A DNA stretch of 46,581 bases. Source: a virus (lineage: Duplodnaviria; Caudoviricetes). Numbering within the stretch: position 1 is the first letter of the stretch; every line of letters begins with the position of its first letter. Below, piece by piece: positions 19,088-27,345 of this stretch. Under the pieces are notes generated by a model. That model was given only the letters and a program-made list of their open reading frames with translations. It was not told where the DNA came from and ran no database searches. Location: IMG/VR virus record IMGVR_UViG_3300003430_000018, positions 1-46,581 of that record; one strand, written 5' to 3'. The position numbers were made by a program, and so were the translations under genes.

Positions 19088-20596
19088 ATGGCTAGATCTA
19101 AAAATTCAAAAAACTGGTTATCTCTAAATTGTAAACATTGTAATAATTTGTTTGAATGTAGAGTAAGCAAACCAAAGATCTTTTGTAGCAAGAAATGTAG
19201 TAATAGTGATAATTCAACAAAACAAAAGATAATTGATGGTCAAAAAAAGACTTTTGATGAAAAATATGGTGGTCATCCAATGACTACAGATGTTGTAAAA
19301 TCTAATTTTAAATCTGCAATTGTTAAAAAATATGGAGTTGATAGTTACAGTAAATTGCCTGAATATAAAGAGAAGGTAAAACAAACTCTTCTACTAAAAT
19401 ATGGATCTGAAAGTTATATAAATGTAGAAAAAATAAAATCTACTATGATGGATAGATATGGAGTGGACAATGCAGCCAAGATAAAATCTGTCTTAGATAA
19501 AAGATCAGTTACTAAGAAATCAAACCACTATGAATTTCTAGTAAATTACTGTAATAGTAACAAATTGCAATTTCTATGTGATGAGGTGGATTACAAAGGT
19601 TATCACTTTAGTAACATTTATAAATTCAAATGTGACGTATGCAATAAAACATTAGAATCTACGGTTTATAACTTAAACAACTTGTTTTGTGATTATTGTC
19701 ACCCAGAAAAAATCACTACTGTTGAAAATCATTTTTACAATTTTTTACAAGAAATTTTACCAAAAGATACTGTTATTAAAAGAAATGATAGAACAGTATT
19801 AAATGGCAAAGAATTGGATTTTTATATTCCAGAATTAAAAATTGCGTTTGAAATTGATGGATTATACTGGCACAGTGAAAATGGGGGTGGTATCAATAAA
19901 AACTATCATTTGAATAAAACAAAATCTTGCAGTTTTTATGGTATATCACTAATTCATATTTTCGAAAATGAGTGGATCAATAAAACAGAAATTGTAAAAT
20001 CAATTGTCAAAACACTGTTGAAAACCAATACACTATTTAAAATTAATGCTAGAGATTGCATTATTAAAGAAGTGAATGAAACTGAAAAAAATAAGTTTTT
20101 AAATGACAATCATTTACAAGGTGAAGATAAGTCCACAGTTAAATTAGGATTGTATAATAAAAATGATCTGGTTAGTATTATGACATTTAGAAAAACTTCC
20201 CGTTTTGATAAAACAAGTGATTGGGAATTAGTTAGATTTTGTAATGCAATTAATACTACAGTTAATGGTGGTGCAAGTAAATTATTAAAACATTTTATCA
20301 AACATTATAATCCAAAAAATATAGTAAGTTATAGTGATAGAAGATATTTTACGGGTAAAATATATGAAACTTTAGGATTTAATTTTGTAAGTCATACACC
20401 ACCCAATTATCATTATCTTATAAATAATTATAAAGATATCAGACACCGCATGAGTTTTCAAAAACATAAATTAGAAAAAATATTAAAAATATACAACCAT
20501 GCATTAAGTGAATGGGAAAATATGAAAAATAATGGTTATGATAGAATTTGGGATTGCGGCCACGGCAAATATTTCCTTAAGATTCTTTCAAACTAG
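19088..20596 (+). CDS. Free-standing homing-type endonuclease: Zn ribbons, KYG repeats, Vsr/DUF559-like nuclease and C-terminal GNAT-like domain
   Basis: CKHC..FCSKKC, repeated (K/R)YG units, CDVC/CDYC, ELDFYIPELKIAFEIDGLYWH..LIHIFENEW, then WELVRFC..GGASKLL..SYSDRRY..G.IYE.LGF. Opposite strand to both neighbours. Confidence 0.75.
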   Translation: MARSKNSKNWLSLNCKHCNNLFECRVSKPKIFCSKKCSNSDNSTKQKIIDGQKKTFDEKYGGHPMTTDVVKSNFKSAIVKKYGVDSYSKLPEYKEKVKQTLLLKYGSESYINVEKIKSTMMDRYGVDNAAKIKSVLDKRSVTKKSNHYEFLVNYCNSNKLQFLCDEVDYKGYHFSNIYKFKCDVCNKTLESTVYNLNNLFCDYCHPEKITTVENHFYNFLQEILPKDTVIKRNDRTVLNGKELDFYIPELKIAFEIDGLYWHSENGGGINKNYHLNKTKSCSFYGISLIHIFENEWINKTEIVKSIVKTLLKTNTLFKINARDCIIKEVNETEKNKFLNDNHLQGEDKSTVKLGLYNKNDLVSIMTFRKTSRFDKTSDWELVRFCNAINTTVNGGASKLLKHFIKHYNPKNIVSYSDRRYFTGKIYETLGFNFVSHTPPNYHYLINNYKDIRHRMSFQKHKLEKILKIYNHALSEWENMKNNGYDRIWDCGHGKYFLKILSN

Positions 20597-21260
20597 CCTT
20601 TTTATCAAATATTTGATTGATGCCATTTCTGAGTTTGTCTAGGTGACCTCTGGATCTTAATACTTTAAAAACAATATTCTCTGTACTAAATTCCCCAGAC
20701 TTGTTTAACCCAACTTCTCTCATATCATACAAATCTTTCAAAACCTTCTTTAACTTAACCAAACTTTCAGATTCTAGTGCATTTTTAATTTTCAACACCA
20801 TATCACTGTATTTTTGTTGGATTTGTTCTTTATCCAATTCAAAATTCTCCTTCTTTGGTTCTGTCACCCATTTGTTATTTAACAATGAATAAACTCCGGT
20901 GGATCTGTTTTTCTTAGAAATGTCTTGGATATACACTTCAACGTTAAATCCTTTAACGTGAATATCATGATCTTCATTCCATTTACCTTTAATGGCATTT
21001 ACCATCTTTTCAACCATTTCTACATCTTCAGATACATCTTTGAAATCTATGACTATATGAATGTCAATATCACTAAAATCTGACCAGTTATAATTTGCGC
21101 TGCTGCCAACCATTATAATATCTTTAACTGGAGCGGTTAATTCTGTATCCTTGTAGAAGGACTGTCCTATAGACTTTAAAGATTCAGCTACATCTGGTTT
21201 TAGTTTTAAACCATCCCAAAGAGCTGGATTTAGAGTATTATTATAGATTCTTACTTTCAT
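20577..21260 (-). CDS. Pol-beta superfamily nucleotidyltransferase
   Basis: GS-x10-D-x-D motif (VGSSANYNWSDFSDIDIH), third acidic residue in VEVYIQD, helical C-terminus with R..GL...GEFS.EN..FK.LR. Confidence 0.8.
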   Translation of the reverse strand: MKVRIYNNTLNPALWDGLKLKPDVAESLKSIGQSFYKDTELTAPVKDIIMVGSSANYNWSDFSDIDIHIVIDFKDVSEDVEMVEKMVNAIKGKWNEDHDIHVKGFNVEVYIQDISKKNRSTGVYSLLNNKWVTEPKKENFELDKEQIQQKYSDMVLKIKNALESESLVKLKKVLKDLYDMREVGLNKSGEFSTENIVFKVLRSRGHLDKLRNGINQIFDKKASLKES

Positions 21261-21892
21261 ATATTAGAATAACTATAACCAAATGATTCTGGCAATTGAT
21301 TTATTAACAATTGTAAATCAGATAATGTGTTTGAAGCACTTGTATGTATAATACCTTTACCACCAGCAGTTTCAAATGATTCTACATTTTTAGGCAAATC
21401 ATCAATTAAGCAGCTATTTGGTTTAGCAAACTTACCTTTTCCTCTACCTGAACCGCTGAAGTTAACTTTTAAGCCAGACCAATGGTTACTTAACCACTGT
21501 AATTTACCTTTTTCTATATTTCTAATGATATCTTTAGCTTCTTCTCTTGGGTGGTTTTTAAGAATCCAGTTACCGCTGGTGCTTGTTAATACTTGTAGAT
21601 CCAAATTGTTATCATTAACAATCTTAACTATACCAGCTTTAAGTTGATCAAAATCAGGCATTTTTTGCATACTTGACCAAAACACTTCACCTTTATCAGC
21701 AATTGCATCCCAAAATTTTGGAGTACCATATTGTGATTCAAACTCTTTAGGTGATGATCCTATCATTTGAGCAAATTGTAAATCAAAATTGCACATCACA
21801 CCATCCATGTCACAAAATACAATAAATTGTTCAGATTGCTCCAGGAGGTTAGCATCCCAAACTTCAGGTAGAAGCGCTTTAAGTTTGATCAT
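21257..21892 (-). CDS. HAD-family 5'(3')-deoxyribonucleotidase-like phosphatase
   Basis: DMDGV (motif I), LTS (II), K..W (III), LIDD...N (IV). Confidence 0.85.
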   Translation of the reverse strand: MIKLKALLPEVWDANLLEQSEQFIVFCDMDGVMCNFDLQFAQMIGSSPKEFESQYGTPKFWDAIADKGEVFWSSMQKMPDFDQLKAGIVKIVNDNNLDLQVLTSTSGNWILKNHPREEAKDIIRNIEKGKLQWLSNHWSGLKVNFSGSGRGKGKFAKPNSCLIDDLPKNVESFETAGGKGIIHTSASNTLSDLQLLINQLPESFGYSYSNI

Positions 21893-21903
21893 AATAAAAT
21901 AAA

Positions 21904-22041
21904 TATCAGGAGGTTAAAATAAGTTGACTTAAATGTATAAAAAGCATATATTAAAAGCGCAACATTTATATATAAAAAAGCATTAAGCATTTATTATAAT
22001 AATAAAGCAACCGCAATATAAAAAGCGCAGCGCTCCTGATA
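21904..22041. repeat. A-rich intergenic element: about six TAA(A)nGC direct repeats bracketed by a 9-bp inverted repeat
   Basis: TATCAGGAG (21904-21912) and CTCCTGATA (22033-22041). Internal units TAAAAAGCAT, TAAAAGCGC, TAAAAAAGCAT, TAAGCAT, TAAAGCAA, TAAAAAGCGC. Confidence 0.7.
21924..21952 (+). promoter_or_regulatory. Sigma70-type promoter facing against the surrounding genes
   Basis: TTGACT (21924-21929), 17-nt spacer, TATATT (21947-21952). No plus-strand ORF follows. Confidence 0.5.
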
Positions 22042-22052
22042 ATTGTAAAAGT

Positions 22053-22331
22053 TTATTTAGGATTTGGTATAAAAGTGCCATCTTTTAGATTTAATGAACC
22101 TTCACCATATTTGGTTGTGATGGAGTTTAACCACTCATCTTCATCTTTTTGAATCTTTTCATAGTTGGTTCTAAGGTTAGATTCAACTTGAGATAGTTCT
22201 TTAATTTTTGCGTCTAGTGTCATTTTGTCTAAATACAATTGACCAAATGACATAATGTTTTCTTGAAAACTAAGTTGAATTTTCTTTAATGAATCCAACT
22301 CTTGTTGTGTAAATTTAATAGGATCTGGCAT
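22053..22331 (-). CDS. Small coiled-coil hypothetical protein (92 aa)
   Basis: Heptad pattern ending in KYGEGSLNLKDGTF. Clean ORF. Confidence 0.75.
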   Translation of the reverse strand: MPDPIKFTQQELDSLKKIQLSFQENIMSFGQLYLDKMTLDAKIKELSQVESNLRTNYEKIQKDEDEWLNSITTKYGEGSLNLKDGTFIPNPK

Positions 22332-22348
22332 ATAAGATATATAGGGAT

Positions 22349-23185
22349 TTATTTAGTTATTGAAATGTTATTTTTTATCTTTTCAAATACATCATGCGGT
22401 GATATAGTAGTAGTACATTCAAACATTCTTTTTGTATTCTTGTGATTTGGACACCAATTCCAATCATGTCTATCAAATGGTTTTTCATTTAAACAACCGT
22501 GACAAACTGATTCATTGTCAATTCTAATCATATTTGTTGTAAATTCACACCATTTTTTTGTTACGTTTGTTATCAACACAACTTTTTTTCCAACTGCGTG
22601 TGCTAACCAACTTAATCCGTTTGATGTACCTATATGAAATTCTGCATGATTCATATAATGAGTTGCTTCTAATAGGGATATTCCAGTTTTATCAATTGCA
22701 GATGATGGGATTGTATTAAAACAACCATTTGACCCAAAACTGTTGTGCATATCTACACAAACAGCAGTAAGTCCATATTTTTGTTTTAATAAATTTAATA
22801 AAATATTCCATCCTTTTTTTGCATTCCAATATCTTCCCTGATGTGTTGACTGAATTGAAATTGTGAAATATTTTTCTTTTAATGGTCTGTCTTTTATTAC
22901 AGTTGCAATTTTTGCACAAGTTTCTTCAAATGGAAGACCCAACAAATCAGCCGCATATTTTTCAAGAGGTTGACTAAGATTTACATCCAATTGTTTAAAT
23001 TCATCATAAGTGACAGGCAAATCAAAACTGAGGTTTGGATAAACTGTTTCAAATAAATCAATATAATTTGGATTTATTATAAAATGCACTGTATGACCAG
23101 TTAATTTTTGATATTTGTCAACCTGACCAATTGACGCTATAGTGTCACCCAATGATTTTGTGGTCAATTCTATTTTTATAATCAT
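22349..23185 (-). CDS. TibC/Aah-like (GT9-related) protein O-glycosyltransferase lacking the N-terminal domain
   Basis: SLGD, ST.Q.RYW....GW, IG.SNGLSWLAHA, C-x2-C-x13-C-x11-C (VCHGC..WNWCP..FEC). Confidence 0.8.
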   Translation of the reverse strand: MIIKIELTTKSLGDTIASIGQVDKYQKLTGHTVHFIINPNYIDLFETVYPNLSFDLPVTYDEFKQLDVNLSQPLEKYAADLLGLPFEETCAKIATVIKDRPLKEKYFTISIQSTHQGRYWNAKKGWNILLNLLKQKYGLTAVCVDMHNSFGSNGCFNTIPSSAIDKTGISLLEATHYMNHAEFHIGTSNGLSWLAHAVGKKVVLITNVTKKWCEFTTNMIRIDNESVCHGCLNEKPFDRHDWNWCPNHKNTKRMFECTTTISPHDVFEKIKNNISITK

Positions 23186-23192
23186 AACATTT

Positions 23193-24281
23193 TTACTTAA
23201 TCAGAATGTCAATTTTATCTATAACCATTTGTGCTGTTATTGATTTAGAACACTCAAATTGTCTATCTGTATCTTTTAATTTTGGACACCAGAACCAATC
23301 ACCTCTTTCAAATTTAAACTGTTCATTGTTCCAACATCCATAACAAACATTTTTATTAATGATTCTAAATGGTGTAAAAAATTCATTTTTTTCTAGGCTC
23401 ATTCCGCTGATCAATACACATGGTTTATTTAATGCCCATGCTAACCATGATATTCCAGAAGACAACCCAATTACAAATTCACTGTTATATACCACGTTTA
23501 ATACATGATTCATATCAGTGGAATTACATAACATAATATCTAGCCCTTTATCATCTAAAAGTGTATCATGTTCTTTTTGAACTGCTATTACTTTATATCC
23601 CTTTTTATTTAAATAAGATACAACGTCTCTCCATCCAAATTGCGTGTTCCATTCTTTACAAGCCGCTGTTGATTTTGTTGAAATTACGACGTACTTTTCT
23701 TTTATTACTCTCGTTTTATCTATTAATTCAAGTGGCGGCTTGATTTCTTTATATTCAATTCCTAATATATTTGCAGCAATTTCTTGGTTATTAAGTGATT
23801 TCCAACTAACCTTTTCTTTAGTTGTATCGTCAAAACATCCTATTGAATAACTTGCATACAAATTAAAAAGTTCAGTTCCGAGTGGAACAAATTTAATAGA
23901 GGGATATATTGATTTAAATATATCATTTTGATAAGTTGAACAAAACACATTGCATTCATGTTTTATCCTAAATTCTTCTACAAACGGCATCCATGAAATA
24001 TTATCTCCCAATGAATTACTATCAAACCAAATGTATACATTTTTACCGCGTGCATCATAATCTATTTGTTCAATCAAATTTTTTGTTTGAAAATCAATAA
24101 TTTTAATTCTATAATCAATGAAATAACAAAAAGCACTTCTAACCCACATGTTTGATTGGATGATATCATCATAAACAATTTTATCAGTTTTTTTGTCTAT
24201 AAACTGAATGTAATATTTGTTGTTATTATCTTCCAAAATTTCACAACACGCACCTCCAACAAAATTAGTATTAATTTTCAT
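23193..24281 (-). CDS. TibC/Aah-like autotransporter O-heptosyltransferase (BAHT family) homologue
   Basis: N-terminal beta domain, SLGDNISWMPFVEEFR.KH, STAACKEW....GW, IGLSSGISWLAWA...PCVLISG, EF.TP.R.IN, C-x2-C-x15-C-x11-C. Confidence 0.88.
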   Translation of the reverse strand: MKINTNFVGGACCEILEDNNNKYYIQFIDKKTDKIVYDDIIQSNMWVRSAFCYFIDYRIKIIDFQTKNLIEQIDYDARGKNVYIWFDSNSLGDNISWMPFVEEFRIKHECNVFCSTYQNDIFKSIYPSIKFVPLGTELFNLYASYSIGCFDDTTKEKVSWKSLNNQEIAANILGIEYKEIKPPLELIDKTRVIKEKYVVISTKSTAACKEWNTQFGWRDVVSYLNKKGYKVIAVQKEHDTLLDDKGLDIMLCNSTDMNHVLNVVYNSEFVIGLSSGISWLAWALNKPCVLISGMSLEKNEFFTPFRIINKNVCYGCWNNEQFKFERGDWFWCPKLKDTDRQFECSKSITAQMVIDKIDILIK

Positions 24282-24313
24282 AATATATTAAAAATTAAGG
24301 TAAAATCTCATTT

Positions 24314-25282
24314 TTATACAATATTATTATCAAATAGATAAGAAATTGTTCTCGTAACATCTTCAACAGATGAATGGCATTCAAAAGTTGGTTTGTTTTC
24401 AAGACAGCCAGTTAATAAAGGAATCAGATTTATATTATCTCTTTCTCTTACTGAATATTTTAAATTGGAAGTACAGAACAAATCACAATTACCTTTGACA
24501 TAACAATATTTGTAGTTTTGATTTCCTTTTCTGTAAGGTGCTACAAATTTAGGGTTCTTTGCACTTCCTAATTGCATTATAAATGTATCTGTTGTTCCTG
24601 CAAGGTGGAGCAGTCCAGAATCAAATGTAATCAACATTCTAGCATTATTTAACAAATACCAAGTATCACTTAAATCTGCTTTATCAGTTAAATCAATGCC
24701 ATATAAATTATTAAGTGGTTTTATAAATTTCTCAGTAATTACTCCTGGCTCTGTTTGAACCATATTTTTGCCAGTTATTACCGTATAAATGTTCTTTTCA
24801 GACAAATAATCTACTAATTTTTGCCAATTTTCTTGTGGCCATGTTCTGTTTGGCCAATTAGTTGCAGGATGAATTACAACATAATTTTTAGGTAAAGAAA
24901 ATGAATTTGAAAAAGGATTTGGATAAAACTCACATGTCATTTCTTCTGGCAATAATTGTATTCCAAGATCATTTGCATGAACTTGTCTCAAATCAACCAT
25001 ATTAAACTTTCTTTGCATACCAAATTGATTGTGTAATCCTGGTAAAACATAACTTTCATGGTAATTGATCACAGATTTATCACCTTTGAAATCATTAACA
25101 AATTCTGGAAAAGTATAAAGTTTATCAATATAAGGATTATTAATCCACACTGCTTTAGAATCTGGTTGGGATACTACATTTATTTTTCTTTGATAAACTT
25201 GGTATAGTTTTCTAAGACTTGGTGTAGCACAAATTGTATCACCTATTGTACCTGAAATAACAGCGTAATATATATCTTTCAT
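24314..25282 (-). CDS. GT9-family (heptosyltransferase-like) glycosyltransferase
   Basis: TIGD.I.ATP.LR.L, NNPYID, VVIHP...WPNRTWP..NW, DSGLLHLAG, four C-terminal Cys. Confidence 0.85.
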   Translation of the reverse strand: MKDIYYAVISGTIGDTICATPSLRKLYQVYQRKINVVSQPDSKAVWINNPYIDKLYTFPEFVNDFKGDKSVINYHESYVLPGLHNQFGMQRKFNMVDLRQVHANDLGIQLLPEEMTCEFYPNPFSNSFSLPKNYVVIHPATNWPNRTWPQENWQKLVDYLSEKNIYTVITGKNMVQTEPGVITEKFIKPLNNLYGIDLTDKADLSDTWYLLNNARMLITFDSGLLHLAGTTDTFIMQLGSAKNPKFVAPYRKGNQNYKYCYVKGNCDLFCTSNLKYSVRERDNINLIPLLTGCLENKPTFECHSSVEDVTRTISYLFDNNIV

Positions 25283-25291
25283 AACTTTTAT

Positions 25292-26692
25292 TTAAATAGA
25301 GGCTATACGGAACAAAATAATACTTTTATTTGAATCATAAATTGTAAAAATCTTTTTACCTTCAACTTCTGACCCAAAACAATGTTCTACATTTTTCATC
25401 ATGACTAAATCATTGAAAAAATATAAATCCCCGTTTTCATTTGTAATTTCTATATAAACTTTACATGAATCAAAATAACTCTGTGAAAAGAATATACCAT
25501 TCAAATCTTCAGAGAATCTATGAAATTTTATATACCCTTGATTATTAAGTGAAATTGATCCGTATCTTTTATTTATTACATCAAATAAATCTTTTGATAC
25601 TTTATTCCATGTATATTTAGATATAAAATGTTGACATTTTTGAAGATGAATTTTCTTATATGTAGAATAATTTTTATAAGAATCTAGAAGTACTTCACTC
25701 AACATTTCAAAATTTGGTTCATCAACATATCCGTCTGCAAAATATTTATCTTCTTCATGATATGCTGGAATTTTCTTTAATATATCTACTCCAAGTGGAT
25801 ATTCACTTGCAAATTCAAGTTGACCTGATCCCTTTGAATATATAGATGGTATACCACAAGCAAGTGCTTCAGCCAATGGAATGTTCCATCCCTCTCCTCT
25901 TGAACAACTTAAAAAAACATTACAATTTTTCAGTATACGTAAATAAACATCTCTATCAGGAAAACTATGAATAATAATCTTTGGTGATAATAAATTATAC
26001 ATTCTTAAACGTTCTTCAGTTGGTATCCAGATTGGGTGTGCATTATCAACTGTAATATGAAGTTCTACATCATCTATATGTTCAAACGTTTTTAAAAAAC
26101 ATTCAATTGTTTCTTTTATTGCTTTTCTGAATCCCCATTTCCCTACAAGAAAAAATTTAAATTTATTTGATTTTTCTTGTTCAATAGGAAAACAGTCTGG
26201 TTCTATACCTTCATGAACAATATCAATTTTACTTTCATCAAATCCTTGTTTTATTAAACATTCTTTTTGCCATTTTGTTAAAACAATATTACTGTCATAA
26301 TTTTTTAGTATATTTAAAAAATCTGGATTATATGTATCACTTTCCCACATTGTAAATGCAATTTTTGGACCATAATAATTGTCATAAAAATAATGATGTG
26401 AATTTTCTGCTGTAATTAAATGTATTCTTTCATTGATATCAACATCCAAGTATTCTTGATTCCACTCAAATGGATAATCCATTCTGACACTAGTGTTTTT
26501 ATAATTTGACCAAAGTGTTTGTTCAGAAAGTATTTGTTTATCTTCATCATTTATGTATGAACTTGAATTTCCATCCACAGTAAAATTTCTTACATAAATT
26601 TTTGCATATTTTGAAAGTCCTCTAAAAAATCCTCTTGTGTGATTATTAAAACCAGTAGATCCAAGATAAGAACCATGACATTTTATAAACAT
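25292..26692 (-). CDS. GT4-family (GT-B) glycosyltransferase
   Basis: TG...H.R.F, TMWES, GKW..RK, SRGEGWNIPLAEALACGIP (E-x7-E). Confidence 0.9.
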   Translation of the reverse strand: MFIKCHGSYLGSTGFNNHTRGFFRGLSKYAKIYVRNFTVDGNSSSYINDEDKQILSEQTLWSNYKNTSVRMDYPFEWNQEYLDVDINERIHLITAENSHHYFYDNYYGPKIAFTMWESDTYNPDFLNILKNYDSNIVLTKWQKECLIKQGFDESKIDIVHEGIEPDCFPIEQEKSNKFKFFLVGKWGFRKAIKETIECFLKTFEHIDDVELHITVDNAHPIWIPTEERLRMYNLLSPKIIIHSFPDRDVYLRILKNCNVFLSCSRGEGWNIPLAEALACGIPSIYSKGSGQLEFASEYPLGVDILKKIPAYHEEDKYFADGYVDEPNFEMLSEVLLDSYKNYSTYKKIHLQKCQHFISKYTWNKVSKDLFDVINKRYGSISLNNQGYIKFHRFSEDLNGIFFSQSYFDSCKVYIEITNENGDLYFFNDLVMMKNVEHCFGSEVEGKKIFTIYDSNKSIILFRIASI

Positions 26693-26772
26693 ATATATAA
26701 CAGATCTACTATATATATGGTCACATGAATTTAAAATAATTAATTTAAAATCAATCCAAATATATATAATAA

Positions 26773-27345
26773 ATGAAAAGGTTATATCATATTGTTACTA
26801 GATTTACAAGAGATGATGAAAAATGGTTAGATAGATGTTATGAAAGTATACTAAAATCAAATTTAAATTATAAATGGTATATTGTTGGTCCAAAATTACC
26901 AGCTAATATGACAAAATATAAGAATTCAAATTTCTTACATTACACGCAAAAACCAAATTGGAAAAATCTTTGTAATTTTTACTTTGATAAAGTTGGTGAT
27001 GAAGGACAGTGGGTTTATATTCTAGATGATGATAATTTGATGCATTATAATTTTCATCTAGCAGATAAAAAAATAGAAAATGATACTGAATTAATCATTG
27101 TGAGTCAAGAATATGAACCAAATAAAATCAGAATTGCAAATGAAAATAATATCACGGTTCAAAAAATAGATATGGCACAATTTTGTGTAAAAAGATCTGC
27201 TGTTGGTGATTTGAGATTCTGGGAAATATATAGAGGTGATGGTTATTTTATAATGGAACTATGTATAAGATGTAAAGAATATGGAAAAAAAGTACAAATA
27301 ATGCATGAAGTCTTTTCTTACTATAACGCACAACATTGGTTATGA
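26773..27345 (+). CDS. GT-A fold (GT2-like) glycosyltransferase
   Basis: N-terminal hydrophobic strand (HIVTR), YILDDDN (DxD), IDMAQF, GDG.F, YYN. Confidence 0.7.
   Translation: MKRLYHIVTRFTRDDEKWLDRCYESILKSNLNYKWYIVGPKLPANMTKYKNSNFLHYTQKPNWKNLCNFYFDKVGDEGQWVYILDDDNLMHYNFHLADKKIENDTELIIVSQEYEPNKIRIANENNITVQKIDMAQFCVKRSAVGDLRFWEIYRGDGYFIMELCIRCKEYGKKVQIMHEVFSYYNAQHWL

Noticed and set aside
18972-20600. Group I intron or intein housing the endonuclease
   Set aside because: The flanking genes are complete and on the opposite strand, and the gaps are too short for an intron core. The endonuclease is free-standing.
17441-21892. Phage ADP-heptose synthesis pathway (HxGH enzyme as HldE/RfaE, HAD as GmhB)
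   Set aside because: The HxGH motif (GRFHPPH) is closer to the NMNAT type than to RfaE (GxFDxxH). The HAD has DMDGV/LIDD nucleotidase features and no GmhB zinc motif. No GmhA or kinase is present.
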